DNA of 64,000 bases from an uncultured virus (IMG/VR IMGVR_UViG_3300022853_000024) (Duplodnaviria; Heunggongvirae; Uroviricota; Caudoviricetes), in IMG/VR virus record IMGVR_UViG_3300022853_000024; one strand, written 5' to 3'. This document shows, piece after piece, positions 22,101 through 30,750 of the stretch; position 1 is the first letter of the stretch, and each line of letters begins with the position of its first letter. The notes beneath the pieces were generated by a model. That model made no database searches and was not told where the DNA came from. It saw only the letters and a program-made list of their open reading frames with translations. Both the position numbers and the translations under genes were made by a program.

Positions 22101-23138
22101 TCCATTGTTGATCTGTGTTGGTAAATTATCTAATCCGTTTTCAATTACATCTGTAATTATTCCAAACAAAGTAGTCACTCTTGCAGTGGCTCCTGCTTCA
22201 CCCGGTGTACCTACTATTGTTTGTTGTGTTACTACCGGTGATTGTTTTGACGTAAAAGCAACACCTGGTATCACATAATTATTAATGATATTTTTTATTT
22301 CATTTTTTACCTGTAATTCAGGTTGTTTGTCACCATTTAATACTGATACTGTACCAACCCAATAAGTTGATGCATTAAATCTTGATTGTTGATTTCCGCC
22401 ATATCTTATGTCTGTTAATATACCATCAATGTTATAACCCATGTCTCTTTCACATAGAGCACTGTCATAAGTAAAATTGGCAAACGCATACACAGAACTT
22501 GATAGTGCTGGTAAATTTAAAATTCCGTCATCCACAACAGTGTCGATCACAGCCATGTTTGCCGCAAATCCTGTCTTACCAGCCGCTTCTGCATTTGATC
22601 CTGAAGAGTTTTGTGATAATGATTCTCCATTAATTGTGCCGTATGCTAAACCTGTGAAAATGTATAAATCTATAATCTGTTTGGCTTTTATCCAATATGC
22701 TAATTCACGCTCTCCAGCAGATGCCAGTTGAAGTACTCCATCTATATAATAAGTTTGAGATTGTGTTCTAATATTTTCATTACCACCATATCTCATATCA
22801 AGATATGCTGATTGTAAAACTTCTTCTAAATCATTTTTGATTTGTGTTGCTGTGGCAGTGTAACCGGCAAACGGTGCAATGTTTCCAGCAACTTGTACAG
22901 CCACCCATGCCGCCACTTCTGCTTTTACATATTCTCTATTGTTAAGATATCTTAATGTTGCATTTGGATATAAATTTGCCGCTGTGTCTTGAGTAATTTT
23001 AAAATCTAAGAAAGCATTGGATTCGTCTTTTAACCATTCTTTGTTGGCATTGATTTGAGCCCATGCATTGGGATAAAGGTTTCCAGATTGTGGTATTCCT
23101 GGTGTAAATTTGTATGTGTTAATACGTTTTTTTGCCAT
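16104..23138 (-). CDS. Giant virion structural protein (fibre/baseplate), 2344 aa
   Basis: Thr/Gly-rich, with 8 tandem G.LGG.TPAND repeats, N-terminal helical repeats and TTPHG beta-barrel motifs. Confidence 0.8.
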   Translation of the reverse strand: MAKKRINTYKFTPGIPQSGNLYPNAWAQINANKEWLKDESNAFLDFKITQDTAANLYPNATLRYLNNREYVKAEVAAWVAVQVAGNIAPFAGYTATATQIKNDLEEVLQSAYLDMRYGGNENIRTQSQTYYIDGVLQLASAGERELAYWIKAKQIIDLYIFTGLAYGTINGESLSQNSSGSNAEAAGKTGFAANMAVIDTVVDDGILNLPALSSSVYAFANFTYDSALCERDMGYNIDGILTDIRYGGNQQSRFNASTYWVGTVSVLNGDKQPELQVKNEIKNIINNYVIPGVAFTSKQSPVVTQQTIVGTPGEAGATARVTTLFGIITDVIENGLDNLPTQINNGISSVKIPERVELAELLLITNATSNAVLYTFNDPAKGATTFYRREFTTNTSNPTAFVDPDFPKAFHGNDTITTIYLNADTSADDVTDQLQIFVEDDEIRTRPYDFGTDAIERLRVAQPESMLDADFEYGLQPTKWQAIATQRGYPSIYEVPGTDYDLASVTSDASAGTSGIGSSLITITTIGPHGFEPGQPFTITGFDNSVAGASRAAGSFVVNTVPSATVFNYYGKAKVGTVNPTTISTNFTQLRKGDFYTGASIGFPSFSIQSNGSSGNFVTSLATLSGSTILPYTGVQPEIGAPLTGTGIQTGTQITAVNGTGGALASPTVTGDYSSGATSVTVADSAGIIQNSVIDRGDGFAVTIINVVGNELTLSAPLNQNLIGDVTQYTNLAGVNYTPAGQLGRFDIFRVGGAYSVSLVTNGQVGSGQDYAVGDVVVVNGTILGGATPANDAFVTVESVDTGGEILTASITGTSFTGTGTASAVSPVFQGGAGTGAQINVTKNASTYTVALNSPSYTDVPTSAYAGASGIGAIFDVDVDGATYTVTVDTAGTGYIANDVIRIVGSTFGGTGTNNLDIRVTAVGGSGEIQTINVAGTAPNQTVNYVSPTYTTASAGGVTANFTVTRTGTTYSAVVTTIGSNYSAAETLVFAGTQLGGATTANDATLTVGSVDGNGGILTFTIAGTSVNTQTYPNQSSGSNVTGSNASFDVAISGTGYTVTLNTAGDNYGVGQTLTILGTSLGGATPANDVSIAVDTVTGAGASAIATITATGTAALEGTSGYAVGDQLFVSGSDLGAVTPTNDAYVSVATVDGNGGITSLTISGTGTDANVDYTSVTWSTTGSGTGAVIDINRTGTTYTATFTNTGASFAGSDTITVLGTALGGLTPANDVTIAVDTVTAGAIATYTVTGTAVNTQTFTNVNKSNRTPSGLSMNVTLNTGTYTLAVANGGSGHAPDQVFKILGTSVFGSSPTNDLTFTIAGIDAVSTGSVTSVSGATGTANTGTGNALNVTGTNRTPIGVGAQFSITRTNDTDSSTAYTECQVVQEGTNYGVGDKVVISGSSLGGTTPANDVTVQIQSVSSFGGALNNTHSGTAVGGTGLSVYSSVTISDPVSQAIPLSSTISYSALATMRVNFTTPHGLVPGNAFLVVIQSDDGANNHILASGPFLATSIPSTTSLTYQVRSPGAITDAGWQGSIYGRPDSFFVHRPFDGGVQLGTGGPAHGAQAIRQSKKYIRYQSGKGCMYTTGALFAPSYDILNITADGINAGSTISVTTDDVDHNLQVGAVVRLVGVATSGYDGQYTITAVTNERTFTVIAQITLGGTTPEFTDQPQVSLYQWNGATVRSGIFDDQNGIFWEYDGQNTNAVQRTATRQLAGTVTVTPNSNAVTGVGTRFREQVKAGDRVVVRGMTHVVSSVTDNTTMSVTPDYRGVNQSAGVKMCAVVDKKAKQSEFNKDVLDGTGPSGYNWDVSKMQMIGIQFSWYGAGFIDWMTRGQKGNFIFVHRMRNSNVNTEAFMRTGNQPVRYEVTNEGPGARLIENMDATQTTLTVEDASFLPQTGGTVYIDNEVITFTGITGDTLTGCTRAAQLTNFAAGATRNYSAGAAAAHFRNTGVVLISNTASPIISHWGSAYLTDGNFDEDRGYLFSYSGTGLQLSTIRQTVFLMRLAPSVSNALTGDLGDRDLLNRAQLLLDGIEITTEPVSGGGVQGQLVIQGIINPQNYPIDPADIGWTGLQGTAQGGQPSFAEIAPGGSVNWNGGASTTQATATTQAEMTSTSNHWFNLGGNRDYAYFLEAEWENKGHVVGMRVTSAQFPSNTVVTQIQNNGSYYFVRFSNRHTGISGGAAVTFAYGGDQANSNFLFFSPTTWEAASAVSGTEVDTATTTEFPPGSTVQSVQAKTVFGSTEYYRVDFNQSFTGTIAAASDVSFSFGQPPYAQPGETIFSFVAQPGERATLGLDKIKALTNTTLGGRGTFPNGPDVLAINVFRTAGAGNVSSTITLRWSEAQA
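18850..20900 (-). repeat. Eight ~90-aa intragenic repeats (GT.LGGATPANDV.I.V)
   Basis: Visible in the translation and as recurring catcattggctgg DNA. Boundaries approximate. Confidence 0.85.
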
Positions 23139-23144
23139 TCTTTT

Positions 23145-25007
23145 CTATACTCCTAATGCTATCGCTAACACTGTGGCTGTGTTATCGACATACTGCTTTT
23201 TAGTAACATCATTTGCACTTGTCGGATTGTTTGTCACAGTTGCTTGTGTAAATGCCGCCGACGTTGCAGATGTTAATCCTATTGTAGTGTTATTTAACGT
23301 TCCTTGCGAAGAATTCAATGTTGAAAAGGTTCCATTTCTTGGTATTACAGACCCTATTATAACATTGTCTACAACACCAACGTCTGTTGGTCTTACTGTG
23401 AGCGTGCCACCTGCTTGTGGACTCAATGTTACGTCAGCATTGGGTGTTAAACTAACCTGACCACTGGTTGATAAATTTTGTGCATTGATGTTCATGTTGG
23501 TGATTGTTCCTACTGTGGCAGGATTTATAATGACTGTGCCTGTTCCTGTAGGTTTTAATCTTATTTCTGCATTGACGCCTTCTGCTAATAAATCGCCAGT
23601 ATCTAATATCGAACTGAAAACACCTGCTCCAATAATACTTGGCTGGGCCACAGTAAGTGTACCATAAGGAGTACCATCTGAGTCTGCATAAAAAATTGAA
23701 TCTGGAGCATCAACAGGAACAGCATAAGTTAACGTTCCTGATTGTTTTCCTTGAGCTTCTGCTTCTGTTAAAGTTGTTGCAACTGGAATATTTAAATATG
23801 AGCTTGTAGCAATAGTTGTGTTAATTCTTTGTCTAATAGAGTTTTGATATGTTGTAAAATTGCTGGCAACTCCTGTGAAAGCATACATTCTTATTGAATT
23901 ATTATCATAAGAATAACTTTGGCTTCCATCTGTTTCTGTGGTTCCTGCTAGTAGTTTAGTTTCAATTGTGCCATCTGCTTGAGCCATTCCATACACAGTA
24001 TTTTCTGCACTGTAAAATTCTTGTCCAGTAATAGTTCCACCATTGAAAAGAAATTGTAAATCATCTTTACCATTAAACATTAATATATTTTTACTACCTA
24101 GTGGTGTGACGCTTGTCCAATTTATAACAGTTGAATTATCTTGGTTTTGAGGATCCAATGTGTAATTGTAAAAAGTATGATCAGTTGAAAGGTATTGATC
24201 ACTATTTAATAATCCATTAAATGTAATAATATTTTTTACTGATGCATTTTGTGAATAGTTTACATATTGTAATGCCAATTGGGCTCCATTACCATACCCT
24301 ATTATTGTGATATCTCTTGTGTCCACGTTGTCGTATTGACTAAAACTAGAAATTATAGAATCAATTAACGCAATGTCATTTGCTTTTGACGTTTGATAAC
24401 CCACATTCCATTCATTGCCGTATCCTTGTGGAGCAATTAAAATTTTGTCTGAGATAAAGTTTACATTTGTAATACCGTTTGCTTGAGTAAATCCTTTATC
24501 ATGTAATGAAATTACAACTGGAATTTTTTTACCTTCTAGTGGTGTACCTGTTGTGATAGGTACTACTACTTGAGCAGTTCTATTGTACCCTGTTTGCTCT
24601 TGTTCCCAAGTCTGAGGAAAAGTTAACGTGCTTGATTGTAAATTTAATCCTGTAACTGTGTTGGTATGAGATAATCCTTCATTATATAACTGTCCTGGAA
24701 TGGCAGTATTAGCAACATCTGGTTTGTAAACGTTAAAAGCAAGACTGGATGTATCTATAACAAATGTATAAGTTGTTCCTCTTTCTACAGTAATAACTGG
24801 ATTATTTCCGTCAACTGCAACTCCTTTGTTTAAAATTGTAAATTCACCCGCAGTTTCATTTATGTTAAAATCTGGTGCAGGTGGAATAACTGGAGGAGTG
24901 TATGTATTTGTGATAGTACGTACTGTGACATTTCCGTTTACATCAACCGTGAATCCTGGTGATGAATATCCGTAATCTGTTTCAAAAGGTTTAAAAACTA
25001 CTGCCAT
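23145..25007 (-). CDS. Structural protein with an inserted degenerate alpha/beta-hydrolase (LpqC/PHB-depolymerase-like) domain
   Basis: PVVISLHD, ILIAPQG...WN, DIALIDSII..VD, IIGYGNGA and FNGKDD motifs. C-terminal KKQYVD...AIALG. Confidence 0.7.
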   Translation of the reverse strand: MAVVFKPFETDYGYSSPGFTVDVNGNVTVRTITNTYTPPVIPPAPDFNINETAGEFTILNKGVAVDGNNPVITVERGTTYTFVIDTSSLAFNVYKPDVANTAIPGQLYNEGLSHTNTVTGLNLQSSTLTFPQTWEQEQTGYNRTAQVVVPITTGTPLEGKKIPVVISLHDKGFTQANGITNVNFISDKILIAPQGYGNEWNVGYQTSKANDIALIDSIISSFSQYDNVDTRDITIIGYGNGAQLALQYVNYSQNASVKNIITFNGLLNSDQYLSTDHTFYNYTLDPQNQDNSTVINWTSVTPLGSKNILMFNGKDDLQFLFNGGTITGQEFYSAENTVYGMAQADGTIETKLLAGTTETDGSQSYSYDNNSIRMYAFTGVASNFTTYQNSIRQRINTTIATSSYLNIPVATTLTEAEAQGKQSGTLTYAVPVDAPDSIFYADSDGTPYGTLTVAQPSIIGAGVFSSILDTGDLLAEGVNAEIRLKPTGTGTVIINPATVGTITNMNINAQNLSTSGQVSLTPNADVTLSPQAGGTLTVRPTDVGVVDNVIIGSVIPRNGTFSTLNSSQGTLNNTTIGLTSATSAAFTQATVTNNPTSANDVTKKQYVDNTATVLAIALGV

Positions 25008-25026
25008 TGTGCTATATCCATATTTA

Positions 25027-25461
25027 TTATTCTGTTACTTGTGAGCCTCCAACCAAAGCATTCAGTGTAGCAAAATATGTTGCACCAAAAATAATTTTAG
25101 AACCAGTATATTTCTCTGTGGCACTTTTATCTTCTGGATTTATTTTAATTCTAACATATGAATCGTTAACTTCACTATCGATCTTGATTAATTTATTGCC
25201 TAGATTTGATCTACCATATATTGATAGACTGCTTTGATTTGGACTTGCTGATACAAGTACTTTTAAAACTTCTTTATTGTTTGTGTCGTAATCCACACTG
25301 ATTGTGTATTCTGCTGTTGCGAACGTATTCACGTGCCATTGGTCTAAAACCAACCCTTCTTCAACTACTGAATATGGACCATTGTAAGACAGGTTTAACC
25401 CGTTCTTCATTAACAGAGTATTTCTGTCACCTTTTCCAAAAAATCTTGATACATCAAACAT
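25027..25461 (-). CDS. Small structural protein
   Basis: TAEYTISVD...KEVLKVLV...IYGRSN fibre-associated beta motif, with a late motif upstream. Confidence 0.6.
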   Translation of the reverse strand: MFDVSRFFGKGDRNTLLMKNGLNLSYNGPYSVVEEGLVLDQWHVNTFATAEYTISVDYDTNNKEVLKVLVSASPNQSSLSIYGRSNLGNKLIKIDSEVNDSYVRIKINPEDKSATEKYTGSKIIFGATYFATLNALVGGSQVTE

Positions 25462-25530
25462 ATAGAATAATCCTTATTATAGTGTATTTACCTAATCTAG
25501 AACTATTGTATTACTACTGTATTTTGGGTA

Positions 25531-26511
25531 TTACTGCTTGTTTTTACTGTGTTTAAGCATCTTTTCTACAGACTTGATAACTTTGTCTTCTGACTGATCA
25601 TCCATAGCCATAATCCCTTCGTTTGTTCTGTCACTGAACTCATCTGAAGTGATTCTTATAGGTGAATATACTCTATCTTCTAATCCAAGATCAATAATGT
25701 CGACATTATCTGATTCAGGAAATGATGTGTTTACGGGATATGTAGAACCTATTAATACTGTGGCAGTTCCGTTGAATGCATATGCAATGTGTTGTCCAAC
25801 TGAGTCGCAACCAACAAAGTGATTTGCTTGTTTTATGACAGCCATCCATATTCTTATGTGTACATTCATTGGTGTTGCCACGGGAGACGACATGTGTTTT
25901 TTAAATTCCAATGGGAATTCACTCATCATCATAACTCCATACTTTTTAGATAGTTTTCTTACAATACTCCAAACATTTTTTAGTTCTATACTTCTACCAG
26001 TAACATCTGCGATATCTGGCTGTTTGCCTTCTTTCATCTGTTTTTCAGTTAAATTTTCAGGATGAGCACTTCTTCCAAATGGCTGGACCACAACAATTTT
26101 GTCTTTGCCTGTTTTGTCTTTTACTTCAGCAATCATTTTTCTTGCCATAAGTAATTCTTCTTTGCTTAATCTTATAGTTGGTTTGGGTAAATCTCTAATG
26201 CCTTTGTTGTTGATGGCAATATCGTATGCTTGAGCAAGACTACATTTTTGATTATAATATTCCCAAATTCTGTATGGTTCAGGACTGATTAATTCTCGAT
26301 CTTTAAGCAACTCTTGAAATAGGTTTTTGTGCCAACTGTCGTATGCTTTAAAATACAGTTTAGGATGACCTTTAAAAGCATCAGTTCCACCTTCGCAAAC
26401 TAATATAGGATCTTTTTCAGGATTTTCTTCGAGATATTTTTCCACTGCTGGAATAGAACTAATCATTCTGCCAGCACCGCCGTTTAAAAATATTGCTGTT
26501 TTTTTACTCAT
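25531..26511 (-). CDS. GT-B glycosyltransferase, GT9/heptosyltransferase-like (copy 2)
   Basis: VVVQPFGRS and IKQANHFVGCDSVGQHIAYAF..ATVLIGST (GT9 DSG.mH motif). Paralog of 28340-29293. Confidence 0.75.
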   Translation of the reverse strand: MSKKTAIFLNGGAGRMISSIPAVEKYLEENPEKDPILVCEGGTDAFKGHPKLYFKAYDSWHKNLFQELLKDRELISPEPYRIWEYYNQKCSLAQAYDIAINNKGIRDLPKPTIRLSKEELLMARKMIAEVKDKTGKDKIVVVQPFGRSAHPENLTEKQMKEGKQPDIADVTGRSIELKNVWSIVRKLSKKYGVMMMSEFPLEFKKHMSSPVATPMNVHIRIWMAVIKQANHFVGCDSVGQHIAYAFNGTATVLIGSTYPVNTSFPESDNVDIIDLGLEDRVYSPIRITSDEFSDRTNEGIMAMDDQSEDKVIKSVEKMLKHSKNKQ

Positions 26512-28337
26512 TTGTTTGCTACCTTTATCAGTTTTCCGTATTCGGGTAAAAACAAGTATTCTATTTCACTGTTTACTAATGTTCTTACAGCATCGTCTAA
26601 TGTTTCTACTAATGGTTCACCGCCTAAATTAAATGACGTATTGAAAATTATAGGACATTCTGTTTGTTTATGAAACTCTTTTATTAAATCATAATACAAC
26701 GGATTTTGTTCTCTTTTTACAGATTGTATTCTACAAGTTCCGTCAACGTGAATAATACTAGGTATTTTTTCTCCAATTCCTGGTTGACAATTTACTGCAT
26801 ACATCATGTGAGGTGTTTCGTCCATGCCTCTTAAATCGAACCATTCATGCACATACTCGTGCAATATAGTTCCAGCAAAAGGTCTAAAGTATTCTCTGTG
26901 TTTAACTCTGTTAACGTGATCTTTACCATCTGGATCTCTTGGATCGTATAATATTGATCTATTACCCAATGCTCTAGGTCCGTTTTCACTGGCTCCTTGG
27001 AACACTGAAACAATATTCTTGTCAGTGATAATTTTTACAACTTCTTCATTGGTTGCATCTGTAAGTTCGACACCTTCTTGATTACATGCTACTTCAATCT
27101 GTTCTGTTGAATATGTTCTTTTTGGTCCAAGGTATAATGTTGGTTCATCTACTTTCTTTTCTTTAGACTGTGTAAGACTGTAATAAAACAACATTGCCGC
27201 ACCCATTGCCGTTCCAGCATCGTTTGATACTGGCTCAGCATAAAAGTTTATGCCGTCTTTCTTTAAGTGTTCTAAATAATAATAATTGGCAACACAGTTT
27301 AGTCCGTATCCTCCCGAGAATACAACGTTTTTACAACCACTCATTTGTACTGCTTTGTAGATTAAATCCAAACATTCTTTTTGTGATTCAGTTTGAACTG
27401 CGTATGCTAGATCTCTTCTATTTTGTAATGTTGTCCAATCTTCTTTTTTATCTGATGCAGGATTTTCATCAATGAAAGGATAAAGTCCACTGTTAACTAT
27501 TGAGGCATTAGGATATGTTGGTATAATAAAATTTCTATCTGATAAAGAATAGTATCCTTCTTTCTTAAAAAGTTTAGGAACCATGTCGTTTGGTTTACCA
27601 TATGGAAATAATCCCATTGTTTTGCCTGCTTCAATTGCCGAAAATCCACAATACTGTGTAACTGCTTCGTACACTTTTACAATCCCTGCTCTGTCTGTGA
27701 ATAATGCTTGGTGTGTTTTGCCCGGTTCACCTATGGAATCAGAAGCAAAGTCTGGATAAAATGCTCCTGGACTTGCTTCTCCCGTACCATAATGTTTGTA
27801 CAGTGCGAAAATATCATTAGGATAATCGCAACTGAAAATACTTTCAACTTCAAACACTGTCATTTCACCTGAGATACTATTTTTAATTGGAATAAAAGTT
27901 CCAGCACCGTCAACAATTACTGCCACTGCTTTATCAAAACCTGATCTATAAAAAGCACAGGCGGCATGTAGTTTGTGATGAATGTGTGCTAAATCAATTA
28001 CTTGAGGATGTTTTATTTCTTGTACGTGTCTATCAATTAATCCAAGTTTTCTTGCCATACCTGTATAAACATCGTCACCTGAATAATCAACTCTACCTGT
28101 TGATCTATCTTCTAAAGGTTGTGTGTGAGCAACAACAAGATAATCAATTTTATCTGTGTACTTCAATATTTCTACCATTGATGCATATGGTCCACCATCG
28201 TATTTTCTTCTAGATAAACGTTCTTCTTCTATTGAAAAAACCACTTCACCGTCTTTTAAAAGACAAACACCTGCATTATGCCCTCTGGCTATTGCGGCAA
28301 TATATCCTGTTTTATTGTATTTTTCTATATCATCCAT
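26508..28337 (-). CDS. O-carbamoyltransferase (NodU/CmcH/TobZ family)
   Basis: EEERLSRRK, HHKLHAACAFYRS, VDGAG, GKTMGL.PYG, SGGYGLNCVAN, DAGTAMGAA, E.GPRALGNRS, K.RE.FRPFA, HVDGTCRIQ and NTSFN..GEPLV. Confidence 0.95.
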   Translation of the reverse strand: MDDIEKYNKTGYIAAIARGHNAGVCLLKDGEVVFSIEEERLSRRKYDGGPYASMVEILKYTDKIDYLVVAHTQPLEDRSTGRVDYSGDDVYTGMARKLGLIDRHVQEIKHPQVIDLAHIHHKLHAACAFYRSGFDKAVAVIVDGAGTFIPIKNSISGEMTVFEVESIFSCDYPNDIFALYKHYGTGEASPGAFYPDFASDSIGEPGKTHQALFTDRAGIVKVYEAVTQYCGFSAIEAGKTMGLFPYGKPNDMVPKLFKKEGYYSLSDRNFIIPTYPNASIVNSGLYPFIDENPASDKKEDWTTLQNRRDLAYAVQTESQKECLDLIYKAVQMSGCKNVVFSGGYGLNCVANYYYLEHLKKDGINFYAEPVSNDAGTAMGAAMLFYYSLTQSKEKKVDEPTLYLGPKRTYSTEQIEVACNQEGVELTDATNEEVVKIITDKNIVSVFQGASENGPRALGNRSILYDPRDPDGKDHVNRVKHREYFRPFAGTILHEYVHEWFDLRGMDETPHMMYAVNCQPGIGEKIPSIIHVDGTCRIQSVKREQNPLYYDLIKEFHKQTECPIIFNTSFNLGGEPLVETLDDAVRTLVNSEIEYLFLPEYGKLIKVANK

Positions 28338-28339
28338 TA

Positions 28340-29293
28340 TTAGTCCTCTATTGATTCACCATTAACTGCAGAAACTACATAGTCTTCTATTTCAGGTGTC
28401 ATTGCCATTATTTGTTCTTGTTTTCTACTAATTCTTTCATCCATTGTTATTCTTATTGGATCATATTCGCGTGTCATTTGTCCTAGGTCTATGTGTTTAA
28501 TATTTTCTGATTTAGCATATGAAGTGTTTTCAGGATATGTTGCACCAAACACAACACTTGCTGGTGTATCTAAACTGTAAGCAAGATGTTGTCCTAAAGA
28601 ATCGCAACCTAAAAACTGATCAGCATATTTTATAATTGCCGCCCATTGTCTTAATTCCACTTTTTCTGGCATTGCTACTTCATCTGGAAATCCAGCATCT
28701 TTAAAGTCTATGCCGAATTCACTCATCAACATAACTGCAAAATCTTTCTCTTGTAATTTTTTAATAATGCTCTTTAAATTAAAAAACTCAATACTTCTGT
28801 TTGTTTTATCTACAAAAGAACCATCTATTTGTTGTATTGCTCTTCCGAAAGGTTGAATCACTACAACTTTTTCTTTTTTTAATTTCTCTTTAACTTCGTC
28901 TATTGCTTTTTTTCCAGCAAGTAATTCTTCTTTGCTTAATATCAGTGTTGATTTAGGTAAGTCTCTAATTCCTTTGTTGTTGATTAACACATCAAATGCT
29001 TGAGCAATATTACATTTTTGATTGAAATATTCATGCACTCTGTATGGTTCAGGACTTACAATATCCATGTTAACTAACTTTGTATGGAATAAATTTTTGT
29101 GATACATATCATATGTTTTTGAATCCAACGTTGGATGTCCTTTTAGAATATCACAAACACCTTCGATCACAATGACAAAATCTGGATCATTTCCTTCTTG
29201 TTGATATTTTTCTAAGGCAGGTATAGCAGATATAATTCTACCCATTCCACCATTGAGTAAAAATGCTTTAGGTCTTTTTTGTTCTGTGCTCAT
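28340..29293 (-). CDS. GT-B glycosyltransferase, GT9/heptosyltransferase-like (copy 1)
   Basis: VVIQPFGR and IIKYADQFLGCDSLGQHLAY...ASVVFGAT. ATG at 29293. Confidence 0.75.
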   Translation of the reverse strand: MSTEQKRPKAFLLNGGMGRIISAIPALEKYQQEGNDPDFVIVIEGVCDILKGHPTLDSKTYDMYHKNLFHTKLVNMDIVSPEPYRVHEYFNQKCNIAQAFDVLINNKGIRDLPKSTLILSKEELLAGKKAIDEVKEKLKKEKVVVIQPFGRAIQQIDGSFVDKTNRSIEFFNLKSIIKKLQEKDFAVMLMSEFGIDFKDAGFPDEVAMPEKVELRQWAAIIKYADQFLGCDSLGQHLAYSLDTPASVVFGATYPENTSYAKSENIKHIDLGQMTREYDPIRITMDERISRKQEQIMAMTPEIEDYVVSAVNGESIED

Positions 29294-29303
29294 TTGATAC
29301 AAA

Positions 29304-29311
29304 TATTTATA
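29304..29311 (-). promoter_or_regulatory. Perfect T4-type late promoter TATAAATA
   Basis: Exact consensus 10 nt upstream of the GT / carbamoyltransferase / GT operon. Confidence 0.75.
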
Positions 29312-29343
29312 GATTAATTTTTTATGTGATTATAATAGTGATT

Positions 29344-30009
29344 CTATGGTTTTATTAATGGCATGTCTGGGTATTTTAGTTTCCAATGGTGCACGTGTTG
29401 AAAATTATCTCTCATGTTAATCCAACCTGCTTTACATTTTTCAATGGCTTGTCGTTGGGTGTCATTGTACACTATTCTTGACAATTCGTTATCACACATT
29501 TCGATGTGATCTAACACTGTTTGATGAACTTTTTCGTTGGTGTGTTGATGTACCCTAAATCGTGGCTTCACAAATTCACCGTTAATGTACTTCAATTCTT
29601 GATTATAATATATCTGATTCAACACATGGCCCCAATTGTATTCCCATGACATAGAATTCCCGTCATCGTCCAGTTGTCCTACATCTTCTTGATAGTATGG
29701 TACTGGTTCATGATTGTATACTCTTGTCAAATATGATGCTTCCCATGGATTTATTGCACCATCTATTATTAGTGCAGAATGTCCTGGTTCAAGATGAGAA
29801 ATTCTCGTTTCAAGTAATTCCACAGTTGGTGCTCTGTGTAAACATTCTCCAATTATTCCAGTGCTATCGTTGACAGCAAATTTTAAATATCTATCACCGG
29901 CATAATATGCTGTGTGTGTGATACCTTGACTGAAATTATCTACATACGGTTCGTTGGGTATTTCCATTTCAAACTCGTATTGATTTAAGATTTCTCGTTG
30001 GTCTGTCAT
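29344..30009 (-). CDS. Putative tail-fibre assembly chaperone (paralog B)
   Basis: Shares PNEPYV.xFS.G.T..A.Y.G.RY.KF and a C-terminal WK..(F/Y)P..P with 30058-30711. Confidence 0.5.
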   Translation of the reverse strand: MTDQREILNQYEFEMEIPNEPYVDNFSQGITHTAYYAGDRYLKFAVNDSTGIIGECLHRAPTVELLETRISHLEPGHSALIIDGAINPWEASYLTRVYNHEPVPYYQEDVGQLDDDGNSMSWEYNWGHVLNQIYYNQELKYINGEFVKPRFRVHQHTNEKVHQTVLDHIEMCDNELSRIVYNDTQRQAIEKCKAGWINMRDNFQHVHHWKLKYPDMPLIKP

Positions 30010-30057
30010 AACTAGAATTATTTATTGCTAGTTAATCTGGGTAACGACTAAAAGTGA

Positions 30058-30711
30058 TTACTTAAAGTTTGGTTGTGTTGGGAAAGGAATTTTCCAAAAC
30101 GATACACCATCATACTTTGTTGATAAACCTTCCAACATAGTTTTGTGTGCGGTGATTGCTGTCGTTTCTGCATCAGTGTACACACCCGTTCTTGCTAGTT
30201 CTGTTGTGCAAGACGCTATTTGATTTGTGATACTGTCTGTAAACTGCTCTGCTGTTGTACCGTGTGTTAAAAAGTCTGGTTCCACTATGGCGTTGTTCAC
30301 ATATTTAATTGTTTCTAAATTCCAAATCTGAGTTAGAATCTGTTCATCACTCCAAACATGAGTCCAAGTTTCTGCGGCACCTTCAGCATCTGTTGTGCCT
30401 AAATTTTCTGTGTAGTCTGCTTTTTCTCCTGAAGTGTACCATTCTGTGATCATTGCCGCATGCAATGGAGCCGCGTCTGCATCTAATATTCCTGGAAGAT
30501 GACCTTCCATTAAAGGACCTTCATTGGCAACCATTAATTCTTCAGTGTCGCCATTTCCAATAACTCCAGCAATTACTCCTGTAGTTGCGTGGTATTGAAA
30601 TTTAATATATCTTTCACCATTGTACGTTGCCGCTTGTGTTACACCGTCACTGAAGTCGTTAACGTATGGTTCATTTGGTACTGCTATTGTAAATGCTTTT
30701 TCTATTGCCAT
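30058..30711 (-). CDS. Putative tail-fibre assembly chaperone (paralog A)
   Basis: Directly downstream of the Cys-rich trio. Tfa-like C-terminal WKIPFPTQP. Confidence 0.5.
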   Translation of the reverse strand: MAIEKAFTIAVPNEPYVNDFSDGVTQAATYNGERYIKFQYHATTGVIAGVIGNGDTEELMVANEGPLMEGHLPGILDADAAPLHAAMITEWYTSGEKADYTENLGTTDAEGAAETWTHVWSDEQILTQIWNLETIKYVNNAIVEPDFLTHGTTAEQFTDSITNQIASCTTELARTGVYTDAETTAITAHKTMLEGLSTKYDGVSFWKIPFPTQPNFK

Positions 30712-30750
30712 TGTTTTTATCCTGTTATACTTTTATTTATCAAACTATGT

